This document shows positions 1 through 14,704 of a stretch of 49,916 nt of DNA, in pieces (the stretch's first letter is position 1; each line of letters begins with the position of its first letter). The notes beneath the pieces were generated by a model. That model ran no database searches. It was given only the letters and a program-made list of their open reading frames with translations, and was not told the origin of the DNA. A program made the position numbers and the translations under genes. The stretch comes from Ministeria vibrans ATCC 50519 (Eukaryota; Protista; Filasterea). Where the stretch lies: positions 1 through 49,916 of the forward strand of contig CALSCP010001080.1 in NCBI GenBank assembly GCA_943704425.1, given 5' to 3'.

Positions 1-1507
1 GCTTGGGTCTACACTCCCACTGCCATCCGCACGGCCAACATCAATGTACGCCCAGGTATACATTATACAGTGTAGAAACAGGAGAGAGAAGTACAGGGAT
101 AGTGAGAAGAAGTGAGTGGGAGAACACTAACACACTCTATTGCATTTTGTTTTCTTCATTTCTCCACCTGCATAGTCCGCCTACACCTCGGCCCTACGGG
201 CAGCTAGCTCGCATTGGCTCCACCGATGGCTATCTGTTCTTTGGCGGTGCATCCAATTTTGCCGTATACAACGAAGCGTATGTGTACAACTCTACGCTGA
301 ACGAGTGGGGTCTTCAGGTACGCAAAAAAAAAGGGTTTGATGCTATTTCTGATTCTTTCAATATCACATGCGTGCTCTCCCTCACACTTTGTTCTATTTT
401 CTTGGTTCTATTCCGTTGGTTCTATTTCCTTTGTTCTATCGCCTTTGTTTTATACCCTTTGTTTTTCCTCTCCTCTCTTTCTTTTGTTGTTTTGTCTCAG
501 TTGTTTTACAACATCAGCGAAAGTGCGCCACAAGAGAATAATGGGAATCTGGCGACTCCCATTGGGCGTGTGGCCATGGCTTTGACATCGCTGCGCGACG
601 AAGAGGCCACGGACGTGTGGAGTGAAGGCGTGCGTAGACTGCGTGGGAACATGTTTGCCAAGTACCAAGGCAAGGAGCTTTTTGGTGGGACTGTGTTGCT
701 CTTTGGAGGCTCTGTCGACACGGTGGACAACTATGGCTCTCTCTCGGACACATGGCTCTTCCTGCGCTCCTCCGAGAAGAACCAAGTATCTCTTTTTGGC
801 GAGTGGATTCAGTTGGATACGGGCGCGGAAACGTCACACTTTGACTCGGTTTTGACGCGCGACCTCTCATCCATCCAGGAAGGAGGCTTAAGCACCAACT
901 CTTTGCCTCTGCTCCCACTGCTCAATGCGACACGGAGCAATGATACGCTGTTCCACCCGACTCCCCGCTCCAGTGCTGCCATTGCCTCGGGCTCTCTCTA
1001 TGACGCCTTCCTCTACGGCGGCTCCTACCCCGACGGCAACTCGGGCCACACCATCCTTCTTAACGACTCATACTACTTTGAACTTCTCATGATCAACGAC
1101 TCCCTTGCCGGTCTTTGGCACCGCATCGAGCCTGCCGACGGTGTCTATCCCCTCAAGCGCACCTCTCACTCCCTCGTCCGTCACAACACTTTTCTGGTTG
1201 CTTGGGGTGGAAAAACCCAAAATGGAAACGGCCCGTTAGGTACTAATCAAGAAGACTCGTTTAAACAATGTCGTTTTAGCCCCATCAATACACTCCATAA
1301 TCCTATTATTGTTTTTTTTGTAGATATTTTGACCTCTGTGAGTGTACTTGATCTGGAAAAAGTTGTGTGGACCGAATACGATTACCCTAACGCGCCTAGT
1401 GGACGGTTCAGTGCGCTTGCCGGCTCGTATGGCAACAAACTGTTCATTTATGGCGGCGAGGGACTCTATCAATTCTTCAACTTTCTCGGTATATATTGTG
1501 ACCAACA

Positions 1508-1592
<85 letters not shown>

Positions 1593-1653
1593 GGGAGAAA
1601 GGAGGGAGAAAGAAACAAAGTGATAGAGAGAGAGAAAGGAGAAAGAAACAAAG

Positions 1654-1691
<38 letters not shown>

Positions 1692-3023
1692 GGGAGAAAG
1701 GAGGGAGAAAGAAACAAAGTGATAGAGAGAGAGAAAGGAGAAAGAAACAAAGTGATAGAGAGAGAGAGAAAGGAGAAAGAACAAATTGATAGAAAGAAAA
1801 GAACAAATTGATAGAGAGGGGGGATAAAGAACAAAGTGATAGAGAGAGACACAGGGACTATTTTTTCCTGACCTCATATTCATATTCGTATTCGTCCTCT
1901 TGTGTGTGTGTGTGTGTGTGTGCTATGCAGAAATAAATGTGCTTGATATGAGTGCGGCGGATCCGAGTCGGTGGTGGTGGTCTGTACTGACGGTCACGTC
2001 GACCCCGGACACGGCTGTGCAGTGCTCGACCGGAATGGTTGGGTCGGGTTTGGCTATGTATGCGGCCGAGACCAATGCGCATGAGGTGAGCTTTTTGGTG
2101 TTTGGCGGAAAGGATCAGTCTTCCGTTCGCTACAACGATATGTTGAGTGTGAAGTTGGCGTGTGCTGCGGGCTCGTCGGCCGCGCAGTTTGCCTATGAGC
2201 CCTGTACACAGTGTGTGACAGGTTCGTATGCGAATACGGCTGGCGCTCGCAACTGCTCGTCGTGTCCTGGAGACGCCATTACGACAAATGATGGCGCAGC
2301 GACGAGCGATGCGTGCAATGTGTGTCGTGCAGACGAATGCAACCATGGAACGTGTTCGATTGCACCTGAAACGTTCACTGCCGTGTGTGCGTGTGATTTT
2401 GCGTACCATCCCAAAGACAGGTGCAAGACGCCCTGGCTTGCCGTCATCACCATGTCCACGCTGGTCGCTATCGCCCTTTGCGCGGTCATTGTAATGGTGA
2501 TTTTGCGACTGAGGCGACAGCATACACAGCTTAGCCTCGACAAAGAGGGACTCGGTAGCGAATTGCAGCACTGGAAGCAGACATGGCAGATTGACGAGAA
2601 TGAACTATCGCTCGAGCACCGCGTTGACGTGGGCGACGAAGGGGCGTATGGTGAGGTGTACCTCGCGCGCTGGCAGGACCTTCGCGTTGCCGTCAAGGTG
2701 CTCAAGAACATCTGGGCAGAAGATGCACCCGATGTTATTGCTGAGTTTGAGCGGGAGTCGGCGCTCATGGCGACTCTGCGCCATACTAACGTCGTGCGTT
2801 TCTACGGCACTGGCGTCTATGGCGATTCGGGGCGTCGCTTCCTTGTGACTGAGTTTATGGCTAGAGGCTCACTTAACAAAGTACTATTCTTCGACTGTGT
2901 GTGATTGATTCCTGATTAGAGTGTGTGGGTGTGCGTGTGTGAGTGTGATTCAGAGTGTTATTATTATTATTATTATCATTATTATTATTATTATTATTAT
3001 CATTATTATTATTATTATTATTA

Positions 3024-3121
<98 letters not shown>

Positions 3122-4046
3122 ATTATAATCATGTTATTATTATTATTATTTTTTATTATTTTTAATAATAAGTATTAATGCCTTGTGTGTGTGTAGGTAC
3201 TTCTGAGTGACGAGTCGCTGGAGTGGGGAATGCGTATCCGCTTTGCACTTGATTGTGCTCGTGGACTCAAGTTTCTCCATCGCAAGCAGTTCTTACATCG
3301 AGACATCAAGTCAAACAATTGTCTTGTCAGTGAACAGTTTGTTGTCAAAGGTACGAATGAGGCTTGTGGAGTACCATTCACTTTTTTAATTTCTTGTTAT
3401 TTATATCACAGTGTCTGATTTTGGGAGCAGTAAACTGTACAAGGACCAACATGGGCTAGGTGCGCTGGTGGAGGAGACGGAAGTGGAGCTGACAGCGTCG
3501 ACTGAGTGGAAGAGCCGTCAAGGTGTCAAGGGAAGAGGAGGAGAGGGAAAGAAGAAGAAGCGGATGCTGCGCCAGATGCTGACACGCAAGGGTCGTCATA
3601 GCGGAGATCACGGGGCACGGGGCAGGAGTCATGGAGGGGATGGGGATGAAGGGGACGCGGATGCGCTGTTGACACCATTGGTGCTCGATGAGGCGCTTGA
3701 GCCGGTGGCGGCACGCCCACAGGAGACGTCCGGCGTTGGCTCGCTTGTGTTCCAAGCGCCCGAAGTCATCTCCAAGACGCCCGTGTACACTGCCAAGTCT
3801 GATGTGTATTCGTTTGGGGTGGTTTTGTGGGAGATTTATGCGCGTGACGTTCCCTTTTCGCACTTGGAGTGCGAGTGGGACATTACAGATGCGATTTTGG
3901 GAGGTTCACGCCCCGTCATCGACGGGCGCGAGTGTCCCCAGGGCTACCTACAGCTCATGCAAGAGTGCTGGCACCCAGTTGCTGCCAAACGTCCCACTTT
4001 CGACACTTGTGTGGCTCGATTGGAGGTGCTCCAAGACACGATGTAA
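1..4046 (+). CDS. Receptor-like TKL protein kinase: Kelch-repeat ectodomain, GCC2/GCC3-type Cys-rich repeat, EGF-like domain, TM helix, kinase (5' end outside window)
   Basis: Exons approx <1-55, 176-317, 501-1239, 1324-1488, 1931-2880, 3197-3350, 3411-4046 with GT-AG introns in consistent phase. Kelch motifs (LFFGG, LLFGG, FLYGG, VAWGG, FIYGG, LVFGG); CTQCVTGSY..CSSCP; CNHGTC..C.C; TM WLAVITMSTLVAIALCAVIVMVIL; kinase motifs VAVK, HRDIKSNN, SDFG, APE, SDVYSFG. Confidence 0.88.
1508..1850. repeat. (GA)n microsatellite followed by compound tandem repeat (unit ~GAAAGAAACAAAGTGATAGAGAGAGA), intronic
   Basis: Directly visible; lies within kinase intron 1489-1930. Confidence 0.95.
2958..3150. repeat. 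(TTA)n microsatellite, intronic
   Basis: Directly visible; within intron 2881-3196. Confidence 0.95.
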
Positions 4047-4094
4047 ATTGTAAATAGATTTGTACTCAAAATTTACAACTTCAATTTACTTGCC

Positions 4095-5935
4095 ATGTCT
4101 TCAGATGAGGAATCTCGTGCAATCAAGAGTCGCGGGCCGTCTCGAGACTCGCGTCGTAGCTCCAAGAGTCGCTCTAAGAGTCGCTCGAAACGTAAAAGAA
4201 GTCGAAGAGCCTTGCAAGAAGAACTTCCGGTCGCCGCTGTGCTTGTCTATGACATTACCTGTCGTCCAAAATTAAGTATCGATGGTGAAGACGACGAGGA
4301 CGGCGCCGAGAGTGTCGATTCGGATGATTTGGTGGAATTCAGTACGGTCGCCGTGGCAACGACTTTTTTTTATTTTGTTGTTTGGTTTGTAGACGATTGC
4401 GAGGAAGGTCGCACTGTGTACGAGACGATTTTGAGCGCAGCGGGACTGGAGCTCGAGCGTCGAGACAGTGCAGACGGAAAGAGAGGGTACCTTTTCATTC
4501 GCTGTCCCTTTGAACGTTTGGCCAGCGAAGCCGAGAAGGTCAATCTGAATATGCCTATCAAGGTGAGCATTGAACGGTGCCCGTGCTCGACATGCTTATG
4601 GATTGACCATGATATGTATATGTTGGGGTTGGCGCAGGGAGCGATCGTGGCGGGAGGCAAGGCGAGTCGGTGTTGGAAGCCCTTTGAGAGTGAATCGGTC
4701 GACGACTACACCAGCGGACCCTTTGAGATGGCGAAACTGGATCTATTTGAGGGGAGCGACAACACCGAGACTTTCTTCTCGTCAAGCTATCGCGGCATGC
4801 TGGTGTTTCACATTCTACACAGCATCTCGATCAAGCCCCAACGCAAACCCACCGATCCCTTTGTGGGTCTCAACTACCTCTTGGACCGCTCTGCCTACAC
4901 TCATCTCTTGGCCCTCCACGACCGCCCCACCACGTCTACCAGCAGCACTGTCGAGACGGATCAATCAGGGTCGACTTCCAACAGTAGCACTACCTCTCAT
5001 CTCGACCCTGTTCGCGACACACTTTCCCGTACCTGGACCAAATGGTGCAAGTTCCAGCCACTCAACACTATCCGCTCGTACTTTGGAGAGGTACACAATT
5101 GCAAACACAAGTCACTACGTCTCATATTATACGTATATTATATACGATCAATACCAATTCGACAGCAACCTTTTAACTTCTTTTAACTCTAATCTCTAAC
5201 TGAACTCTAACTCTAGAAACTTGCGCTGTATTTTGCGTTTTTGGGACATTTGATTTGGCACATGACATTTCCCACTGCAGTGGGCATTTTCGTGTTCATC
5301 TATGGCATTGGCGTTTACTCTCAAGTATCAAATTAATCTTTCAAATTTATCTAGAAGCCATTGATTCATAATTATTGTGTTTTTAGCCTCCAAACTCGAA
5401 AGAGTTTACAGTGACAATGTCGAATCTATTTGACAATGTGTTGGTATGGTGTGAAAAGCAACAATATTTTATTATGATTATTATTATTATGATTATTATG
5501 ATTATTATTATTATGATTATTATTATTATTATTATTACGATAATATTGAATGACGAATAATTATTTTCATTTTTTTTGTGGTTAGACTCCATATTATGCA
5601 CTTTGTGTGTGTCTGTGGTGCACAGTGTACAGTGAGTTGTGGAAACGATACAATGCACGACTTGCATTTGAGTGGGATGTGCTTGATTTTGAGCGTGATG
5701 AAGCGTACCTTGCAGAGTTCTGTCCCACGAAGGTACATTAGCTCTTTTGTACTCCAACTTCAACCTTGAGAAATAATTGTAATATTAATCATTCACTCTC
5801 TTTCTCCATGCCACCGTACACGACATTGTCTCTCAGGTGCGCACCAATGCCGTCACAGGTGAAATTGAATGGTACTATCCACTTCGCGCGCGCTTTGGCA
5901 AATACGCCACAAGTGCCTTTTTCCTTCTCATCATG
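4095..5935 (+). CDS. Anoctamin/TMEM16 family channel or scramblase, 5' part only (ends in about TM3)
   Basis: Spliced motifs FQPLNTIRSYFGE|KLALYFAFLG, TPYYALCVCLWCTVYSELWKRYNARLAFEWDV and RTNAVTGEIEWYYP are typical of anoctamins. Last visible donor is at 5936; no downstream exons found. Confidence 0.85.
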
Positions 5936-5973
5936 GTAATAGCAACTAGGGAGAACATCGTATCTTATAATTC

Positions 5974-6078
<105 letters not shown>

Positions 6079-6121
6079 TGTTCTGTTAAGACATAATTAT
6101 ATTCACCCACACTGCACATAC

Positions 6122-8115
6122 CTCATCGAGAAGAGCAAGGACGACGCGAAAGGGAATGCTGTCTTCGTTTCCGTCAAGCTTGGCCGAGACCTTCCAGTCT
6201 TCGCTGAGCTGCGATGCAGCGCGCACCCGCCGCTCCGTCTCGTTTTCGCTGATGAGACGCTCGACACCATCGCTGACCGTCTTGATCTTAGACGAGACGC
6301 TTTTGACGGTAAACTTGACGGGGCGAATGAGGCCGTCCATCTTGCGCGTCATGCCGCTGTACTCCTTCTCGTAGGCGCCGTGGGACAGGAACACGTTCAC
6401 AAGGTCGTCAATGCCGTCCTCGGCAATCACGTCGGGAGCCACCAGCATGGATAGGTACTCCGTCAACTGTTGTTGTCGCTGAGCCAAAAATGTTTCGTCC
6501 AAATTGCGAAACGTCCGCTTTTTTGGCAGCGATATTTTGGCGGCAATGTGGGGCCACTTCTCGCGCAGCTGCATGTGTAGATCGTGAAAGTCGCTGTAGC
6601 GCCGACGCGCCTGCCACTGCAGTCCCCCAAACACATCGCGTCGTGTCACCTCCACAATGTACAACGCAAACGACTTGCCATCATCGCTCTACAGAAAAAA
6701 AAAAAAAAGAAAGCGGCGTCGTCCGTTGAAATTTGCTTCAATCCCATTTCCATTCTCTAACGTACTTTTTCAATCGACACCGACTTGATGACGGCACTCC
6801 AAAGAACACGATCCATCTCCTTAGACATGTCCTGGTCGTCGTCTTCGGTCGACGCGGATGCAGCAGTGCCCATTGTGCCCGTGAAAGAGGGGCGGGAGGG
6901 TAGAGCACTTGGCACCACGGATGGGGTGGGTGCAGTCGGTGTCGCCGTGGTCGTCGTAGAGGGATTGGCCGCGGCGGCTGCCTTGGCTGCTGCAGCCGAA
7001 TCCAGATGACTAAAAGCAATGGTAACCCCTTCCTGCTCCTCGCGCAGCGCCTGGTCCGCCAGCAGCTCCAGGTTGTGGTCGTGGAACGACGCAGACTTCC
7101 GCGGAGGATCGCCCGTGGCACCGCTGGGACCGGCCTCGGAGCCCGCTCCGCCGTCGTTGTTACCGTCATTATCATCAGCGCCAGGGTCACCATCATCACC
7201 ATCATCGTCGTCGTCATCGTCGTCGTCGAGCATCTCCAGGTCGCACAAACAACGCATGTACATGTCGCTGAGGCGAAAGCGCGTGCAGTGCTTTTGCTCA
7301 AGCACAGCGCGCACCTTGCTCTGCGCCTCGTCAAAGCATGTAGCAGACGGCATTGCCGTGATGAGCCGCAGAAGCTCATCACGGAACTTGTCATTGAGCA
7401 CACTTACGCGCGGCGACGCAGTGCGCCCCAGGTACTGGTTGTAGATGTTGAGTGCGTCGGTGCGCATCTAAAACCAAAAAAAAAAAAACATCGTCCCTCA
7501 ATCACTTTTCTTTCTCATTTCTCTCTAATTCTCCCTCCTTGGTCTCTCTCGCCCTCACACCCACACACACACACACACACATACACACCCACTCTCTATC
7601 AAAATTCCTCTTTCTCCGATAAACATGACGGTACGTGTTCAATCTCTTGGCGGGCCTTTGTGGGGTTTGACTTGAACTCGGCGTACTGCTGATGCTGGCG
7701 CTCGCGCGCACTAAGGCGATACCCGTCGACCGTCAGATAAAAGTCCATGAGAACGAGCTCGCCTTCGCTCTCCATGAACTCCATGAAGTAGTTGAGGCCT
7801 GTGCCGTTGCGCACGAGTTGCTCAAACGACACGTGTGGTAGTGACTTGCCCACCAACGGCGTCGCAATGTTCTTGCCACGGCCCAGCTCACGGATACGAC
7901 GCTCACAGTGACGCTTGGCCAGACGCAGTCGGTTCAGTTGATGGCGCACAGCCGCATTCTGCTCAGGGTAGTACGCCGTCGCGTGCTCCTTCTCCTCCGC
8001 GCGCTTTGTCTCAGACTGCAAACATAACGTGAGAGTGAGAATAAAGAGAGAGACAAAGCGCTCGAAAAGTGACAGTGGGGGACGTCACACGCACACACAC
8101 ACACATACACACACA

Positions 8116-8197
<82 letters not shown>

Positions 8198-9565
8198 NNN
8201 NNNNNNNNNNNNNNNNNNNNNNNNNNNNNNNNNNNNNNNNNNNNNNNNNNNNNNNNNNNNNNNNNNNNNNNNNNNNNNNNNNNNNNNNNNNNNNNNNNNN
8301 NNNNNNNNAAAAAAAAAAAAAAAAAAAAAAATGTACATTGCGTACGGTACAACACACGTAGCTCGTACCTTGAGGCGGTCATAAAGAATCTGGAGGTCCT
8401 CGACCGAACGCGAGGTTTTGATGGACTTGATAAAGTTCTCGAAAGTGACGGGCTGCGGTTTGATGTATAGGGCGGCCGTCTCGTTGAAGTAGTCGGGATC
8501 GCACAGCCGGTCGACCATTGGAAGAATGCCGCGAAACACAAGTAGTTCGCGAAGCAGATACCGAATGGGCTTTGCTTGGAACTCCTGAACAGACAAACAC
8601 AATTATTAATATCACAAAAAATAAATTTAATAGATGAATAAAAAAAAGAAATGAGACAAATCGGATGGCACAGGGGATGAGTGGCAATAAATCGATGTGT
8701 TCCCGCCTCGTCCTCCTTTTCGTTCGCTCTCTGTCGTTCGTACCTTCGAAGGAAGCAAGAGGAAGAGGAGAAGTTCGGCGACGTCGCGTAAGTACTGGAT
8801 TTCGTGCTCACGGTCGCGACAGATGCCCGCAAAGCGTCCCTCGAAACCCAACGCTGTGTCGATCATTTCCGTGTCGAGTGGATCTTCGCCATGGATAATG
8901 TCTCGCAGCTGGTCAAAGGTGCGCTTGCTCTTGCCCGCCTCGGGTGTGTCGCTGCCTCGGCGCGTCTCGCCATTCTGCATCTCGTCCTGGGCGCGCTTGT
9001 AGAAGCGCAGGTGCCGAATAAACTCGTCGACGAGATTCACCGTGCAAAATTGGACAACGTCAATGTCCTTGGACTTGTTGGCGACCTCGACGATCATGTA
9101 GCTGAGCATCTGGCGCACTTCGTGCAGGAACTGTTCGTCGCCACTAATGTCCGCATACCAATACTCGACAAAGTCACGCAGCGACAGGTTGATAATGGCA
9201 TTGAGTTGCTTGTCCAGCTCCTGTGCACCCGTCAGACGGCGGTCCGTGCGAAAGACGCGCTGGCGCTTGAGCTGTTCGACCATTTCGCCAATGCCGAGAT
9301 TCTCAAGGGGAATTCGTTTGGTGGTGAGCCAGCCGGAGCGCAGGCGGCGCATTCGGTTGCCGGCAAGCAAGCACAGAATGAAGATGAACCCGCCCACGAC
9401 ACACGCAACCCCCGTGGCCATCCACGCCAGCAGCGACCACGGAGTAACCGCCACAAATGCGACGACTGCAGCGCCGCGCAAAACATTCTTTTGCATAGGC
9501 GTCAGGCCCTTTTCCGTTGTGTCTCGCGGCGTCGGTTGCTCCGGCCCGGATCGTCGGTACGCCAT
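6122..9565 (-). CDS. Sorting nexin SNX13/14/25 type (TM-PXA-RGS-PX); C-terminal Nexin_C domain missing
   Basis: Exons 9565-8744, 8584-8369, 8015-7635, 7467-6766, 6688-6122. N-terminal TM helices; PXA (LRDFVEYWY..IS.DEQF); RGS (YFMEFMESEG, IYNQYL); PX (RRYSDFHDLH, LPKKRTF). Confidence 0.9.
8086..8330. repeat. (CA)n tract, assembly gap (N 8198-8308) and poly(A) inside a nexin intron
   Basis: Directly visible. Confidence 0.95.
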
Positions 9566-9870
9566 ATTGCCACGAAACCCAAGTTGGCCGTTGGACAGTC
9601 GAATTTATTTGAACAATTTGAAATTCTACTTTCTAAATTCTAAATTAATACTAACAGACCACGGATGTGCATTTTGATTTCCTCCCTCCTCTTCTGGTTC
9701 TTCAAAACTCAGAACTACTCCGTACTCAGTGCCCAGTGCGTAATCTCACCGCTATATCTACTGCTGCGTTGCATTCATCCTTGAGAGTCTGCACGGGGCT
9801 ATGCGACGGGTTGGTGCTCCAACCACACAATCCAAAAAAATTGTAATATAAAAAAGAATGTGAAAAGAGT

Positions 9871-11690
<1,820 letters not shown>

Positions 11691-11863
11691 TCTGTTTTAT
11701 GTGTCTGTGAAAAAAAGTGATTGCAAAAACTAAAAATCTCAAAAAAGTAGAAACTTGTGAGTATCAGAGTCGCAATAAAATATAAATAAGTCGCATATTG
11801 AAATTTCAAATGACAAAAATATTTGTGTAGCGCACGCAAAACAGTCTGTCACACGAAGTCGTC
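11691..11863. promoter_or_regulatory. Putative bidirectional promoter, calmodulin/TOM7
   Basis: Two divergent start codons separated by a 173-nt AT-rich spacer. Confidence 0.6.
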
Positions 11864-12312
11864 ATGGATGAGAGCACAAAGGGTTACCTGAAGTGGGCGG
11901 CGTCGTCGTTCAAAACCGTTTTTCACTATGGTTTTATTCCACTCATCATTGTTCTCGGTACGCTGCGTCAACATGCACGCTGCACTTGCCCGTGCGCGTT
12001 CACTTTTGCACAATGCGCCAGCTGACTTTAAGGCGCCATTGCCTTGCGTTCTCGCTGTCGCGTGCGAATCAAGCGTCTTGTGTCATTCTCGACGCCCATC
12101 CCTCCCGACCCCGCCTCTCTGCCGCTCGCTTGCACACGGCAGCGGGTGTATCTTGCTTGTCCTTCACTGCCATATCCCCGAGAATGCACCGCTCCCGTCC
12201 TGTCTGGTCGTGAAACGCATCTTCGACTTACGCCTCTTCGTTTTTCCTCTCAGGCCTTCGTACCGGCAACCCTCGACCGAACCCCATCTCGATCATCCTC
12301 CCCATTACCTGA
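11864..12312 (+). CDS. TOM7: Mitochondrial import receptor subunit Tom7 (50 aa)
   Basis: Exons 11864-11957 and 12254-12312 give MDESTKGYLKWAASSFKTVFHYGFIPLIIVLGLRTGNPRPNPISIILPIT. The FH(Y/W)GFIP..LG...P.P signature and size fit Tom7. Too short for the ORF track. Confidence 0.92.
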
Positions 12313-12429
12313 TCTTGTCAACTGGCCTGTGTATACATAAAAACAATCTTTTTCTCTCTCTCTCTCTCTCTTTCGCACTTTATCATCACAGTTTGTGTGT
12401 ATGTTTGTTACAAAATTTTATTGCAATTG

Positions 12430-12864
12430 TTACAGTCGCGTCAGTGGTACCACGCGAATGGTGCGGGGCAAAGAGGAGTCCTCGAGAAGAGCGTTCACTT
12501 CGTCGGCATCATAGTCACGGTAGTTGCCCGCTCGATCGCATACGCGAATGCCACGAACGCGCCACGCCGTAACACTCTGCATATCCCCTAGCTCAATCTA
12601 AGAAGAAGCTCAGCGTCGGCCACCCTCTCCCTTTGCCACCTCTCTCTTTCGTATGTCTGTGAGATATACCTTCCATTCATATATATTGGGTGCGACCTTA
12701 TCAAAGACGGGATCAAGATATGCGGTCAAGGACTGCTCCGGCAGTATATCCACACTGCTCATGGTCAAGTACGTCGCACGTTCCCCCTATCAACGCAATG
12801 GTGAGAAAAAGTGACACACACACACACCACAAAGACACACACCACAAAGACACACACCACAAAG

Positions 12865-12897
<33 letters not shown>

Positions 12898-14557
12898 CAT
12901 ACATACACACACACACATACACACACATACATACACACACACACATACACACACACACACATACACACAAAGTACAAACACTAAACAAAGTACACTTGGC
13001 ACAATCAAGAAGAACACAAACATATAATATAGAGAGTTGTCTCTCTATCACCCCTCTCCCCTTACAAAGTCCTGCTGCAGCCCACTAAGATCGTCAACAA
13101 TCTCAACAAGAAGTGTGAGAAGCGCACGGGAAGTGTACCCGTGGGAACGCGACGGAGAGGCGTATGTCACGACACGACGGTCGGGAGGCAGCGCGAGGCG
13201 AAGCAGCTGAGGTGGCGCAATGTCAATACGCGAGCCAAGCACGTAAAGTTGCACCATGTAACCAGAGGCGGAAAGGTCTGCGCCCTCAAAGACAACCTCC
13301 ATGTCGTCCGCGTCGCGCACAAACACACTCACCACACGCCACTCGCCTGCCGGCAACCGGTCCCCGCTAAACTCCCACGTCACATCGTACATGCCATACA
13401 CCCCATCGCCATCCACAAGGTGCTCCTCAGCAAACACAAACACACGCTCTTCCACTCCCCCCGGCCCTGCCAGCACAATCTGCGTCGGTACAAACCCCCG
13501 CCCTTCCTCCGCCCACTGCCCTCCTCCTCCTTCCCGACGCGCCACTGCCTCTCCCATCTCGTCCGCCATCCACCAATCCGGCTCGCTCGTGTCTCCCATC
13601 CCATACACGACGTCCTCTTCACGAATCACTCCGTGTCGGATAAACACTTCAACTAAAATGGGAAATAAAGCAAACAACAACAAAAAAAAAATCAGGGTTA
13701 CTATTGTGTTTTTGTGTGTGTAACGACAACATACACTGGAAATGAATAAAGGCAAGGCCAGTCGTGGGGTCGACAGTGGCGCTCGCAGGCACAATGGCGA
13801 ACGATGCAAGATCCACGTCAACGCGCTCCTCGCCATAGTCCACCCGCTCAAACTGCAGCACTGGATGCGCATGACGTGCATTGTGCAATTGCCGTGCGCG
13901 GTCTTCGTTGTTGTCCGGCACCGACCGTACAGACTGGCGCGGTCGTGGCCGTGTGCCCAATTCTGTCAGGTACTTGGCTAAGGCGTCGTGCCACTGCTCT
14001 GCCGTTGAGTCCTCAGTCGCTTCTTCCTCTCCTTCTGCACTCTCGCTCTCGTCAATGGTCGGTGTCGACCCACCACTTCCATCGCTATCTCCCTCACCGC
14101 CCGCGCTACTCCCGTCGCCCAACGACGATCCTTCGTCAAATTGCTCGACAGCCTCCTGTAACTCCCTCATCAGCTGCGTCGCAATCCTCGTCAACGTCTC
14201 TTCGTCAATGGGCAAGGCCGCTTCACCATCGCCGTCCCCGCCACCTCCTCCGCCACTGCCACTCGCATCCAGCTCCACATTGAGCGCGTTCTTCCACAGC
14301 GCATCCTCCAAGTCGTCGTCCGCTTCGTCCGCCGTGTCACCTCGCACTCGAATAGCCTCCAAAACCTGCTCTTTCACGCGTTGCAACGCCTCCTTCGTCA
14401 ACTCTCCTTCGCCATCCAGCATTGCCGCGTCCACCTCGACACGCAGCAGTGTCGGGGGTTCGTCGTCGTCGCCTTCGCCATGCCGCGCCGTCGCCTCATC
14501 CGACTCGCCACGACACAAAACAACAAGTGCCACCAACACCAACGCTGCCACACGCAT
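12430..14557 (-). CDS. Secreted protein: signal peptide, acidic region, bacterial-type Ig-like repeats
   Basis: Signal MRVAALVLVALVVLCRG; four exons (approx 14557-13735, 13652-13066, 12786-12670, 12597-12430); motifs DIAPPQL, IVDDLSGL, GEWRVVSVFVRD, WRVRGIRVCDRAGNY; stop at 12430-12432. Confidence 0.7.
12813..12970. repeat. (CA)n-type microsatellite with a 15-nt unit (CACAAAGACACACAC) repeated three times, intronic
   Basis: Directly visible. Confidence 0.9.
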
Positions 14558-14704
14558 GGCCCAGACTACTGTAGCTCAAAATAAAATAGAACTCTAAGTG
14601 ACTGAACACTCTTGACTCAATGACTCTTAGTCTCTCAAAATCCCCACTTAGTTTGTTAAATTAGCTCGTCACTATTCCTTTCATTCGTTGATCTTTCTGA
14701 TACC

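Noticed and set aside
1236-3178. ORFs of poly-ER, poly-SL, poly-I and poly-Y (and poly-CV/HT ORFs elsewhere)
   Set aside because: Translations of intronic microsatellites.
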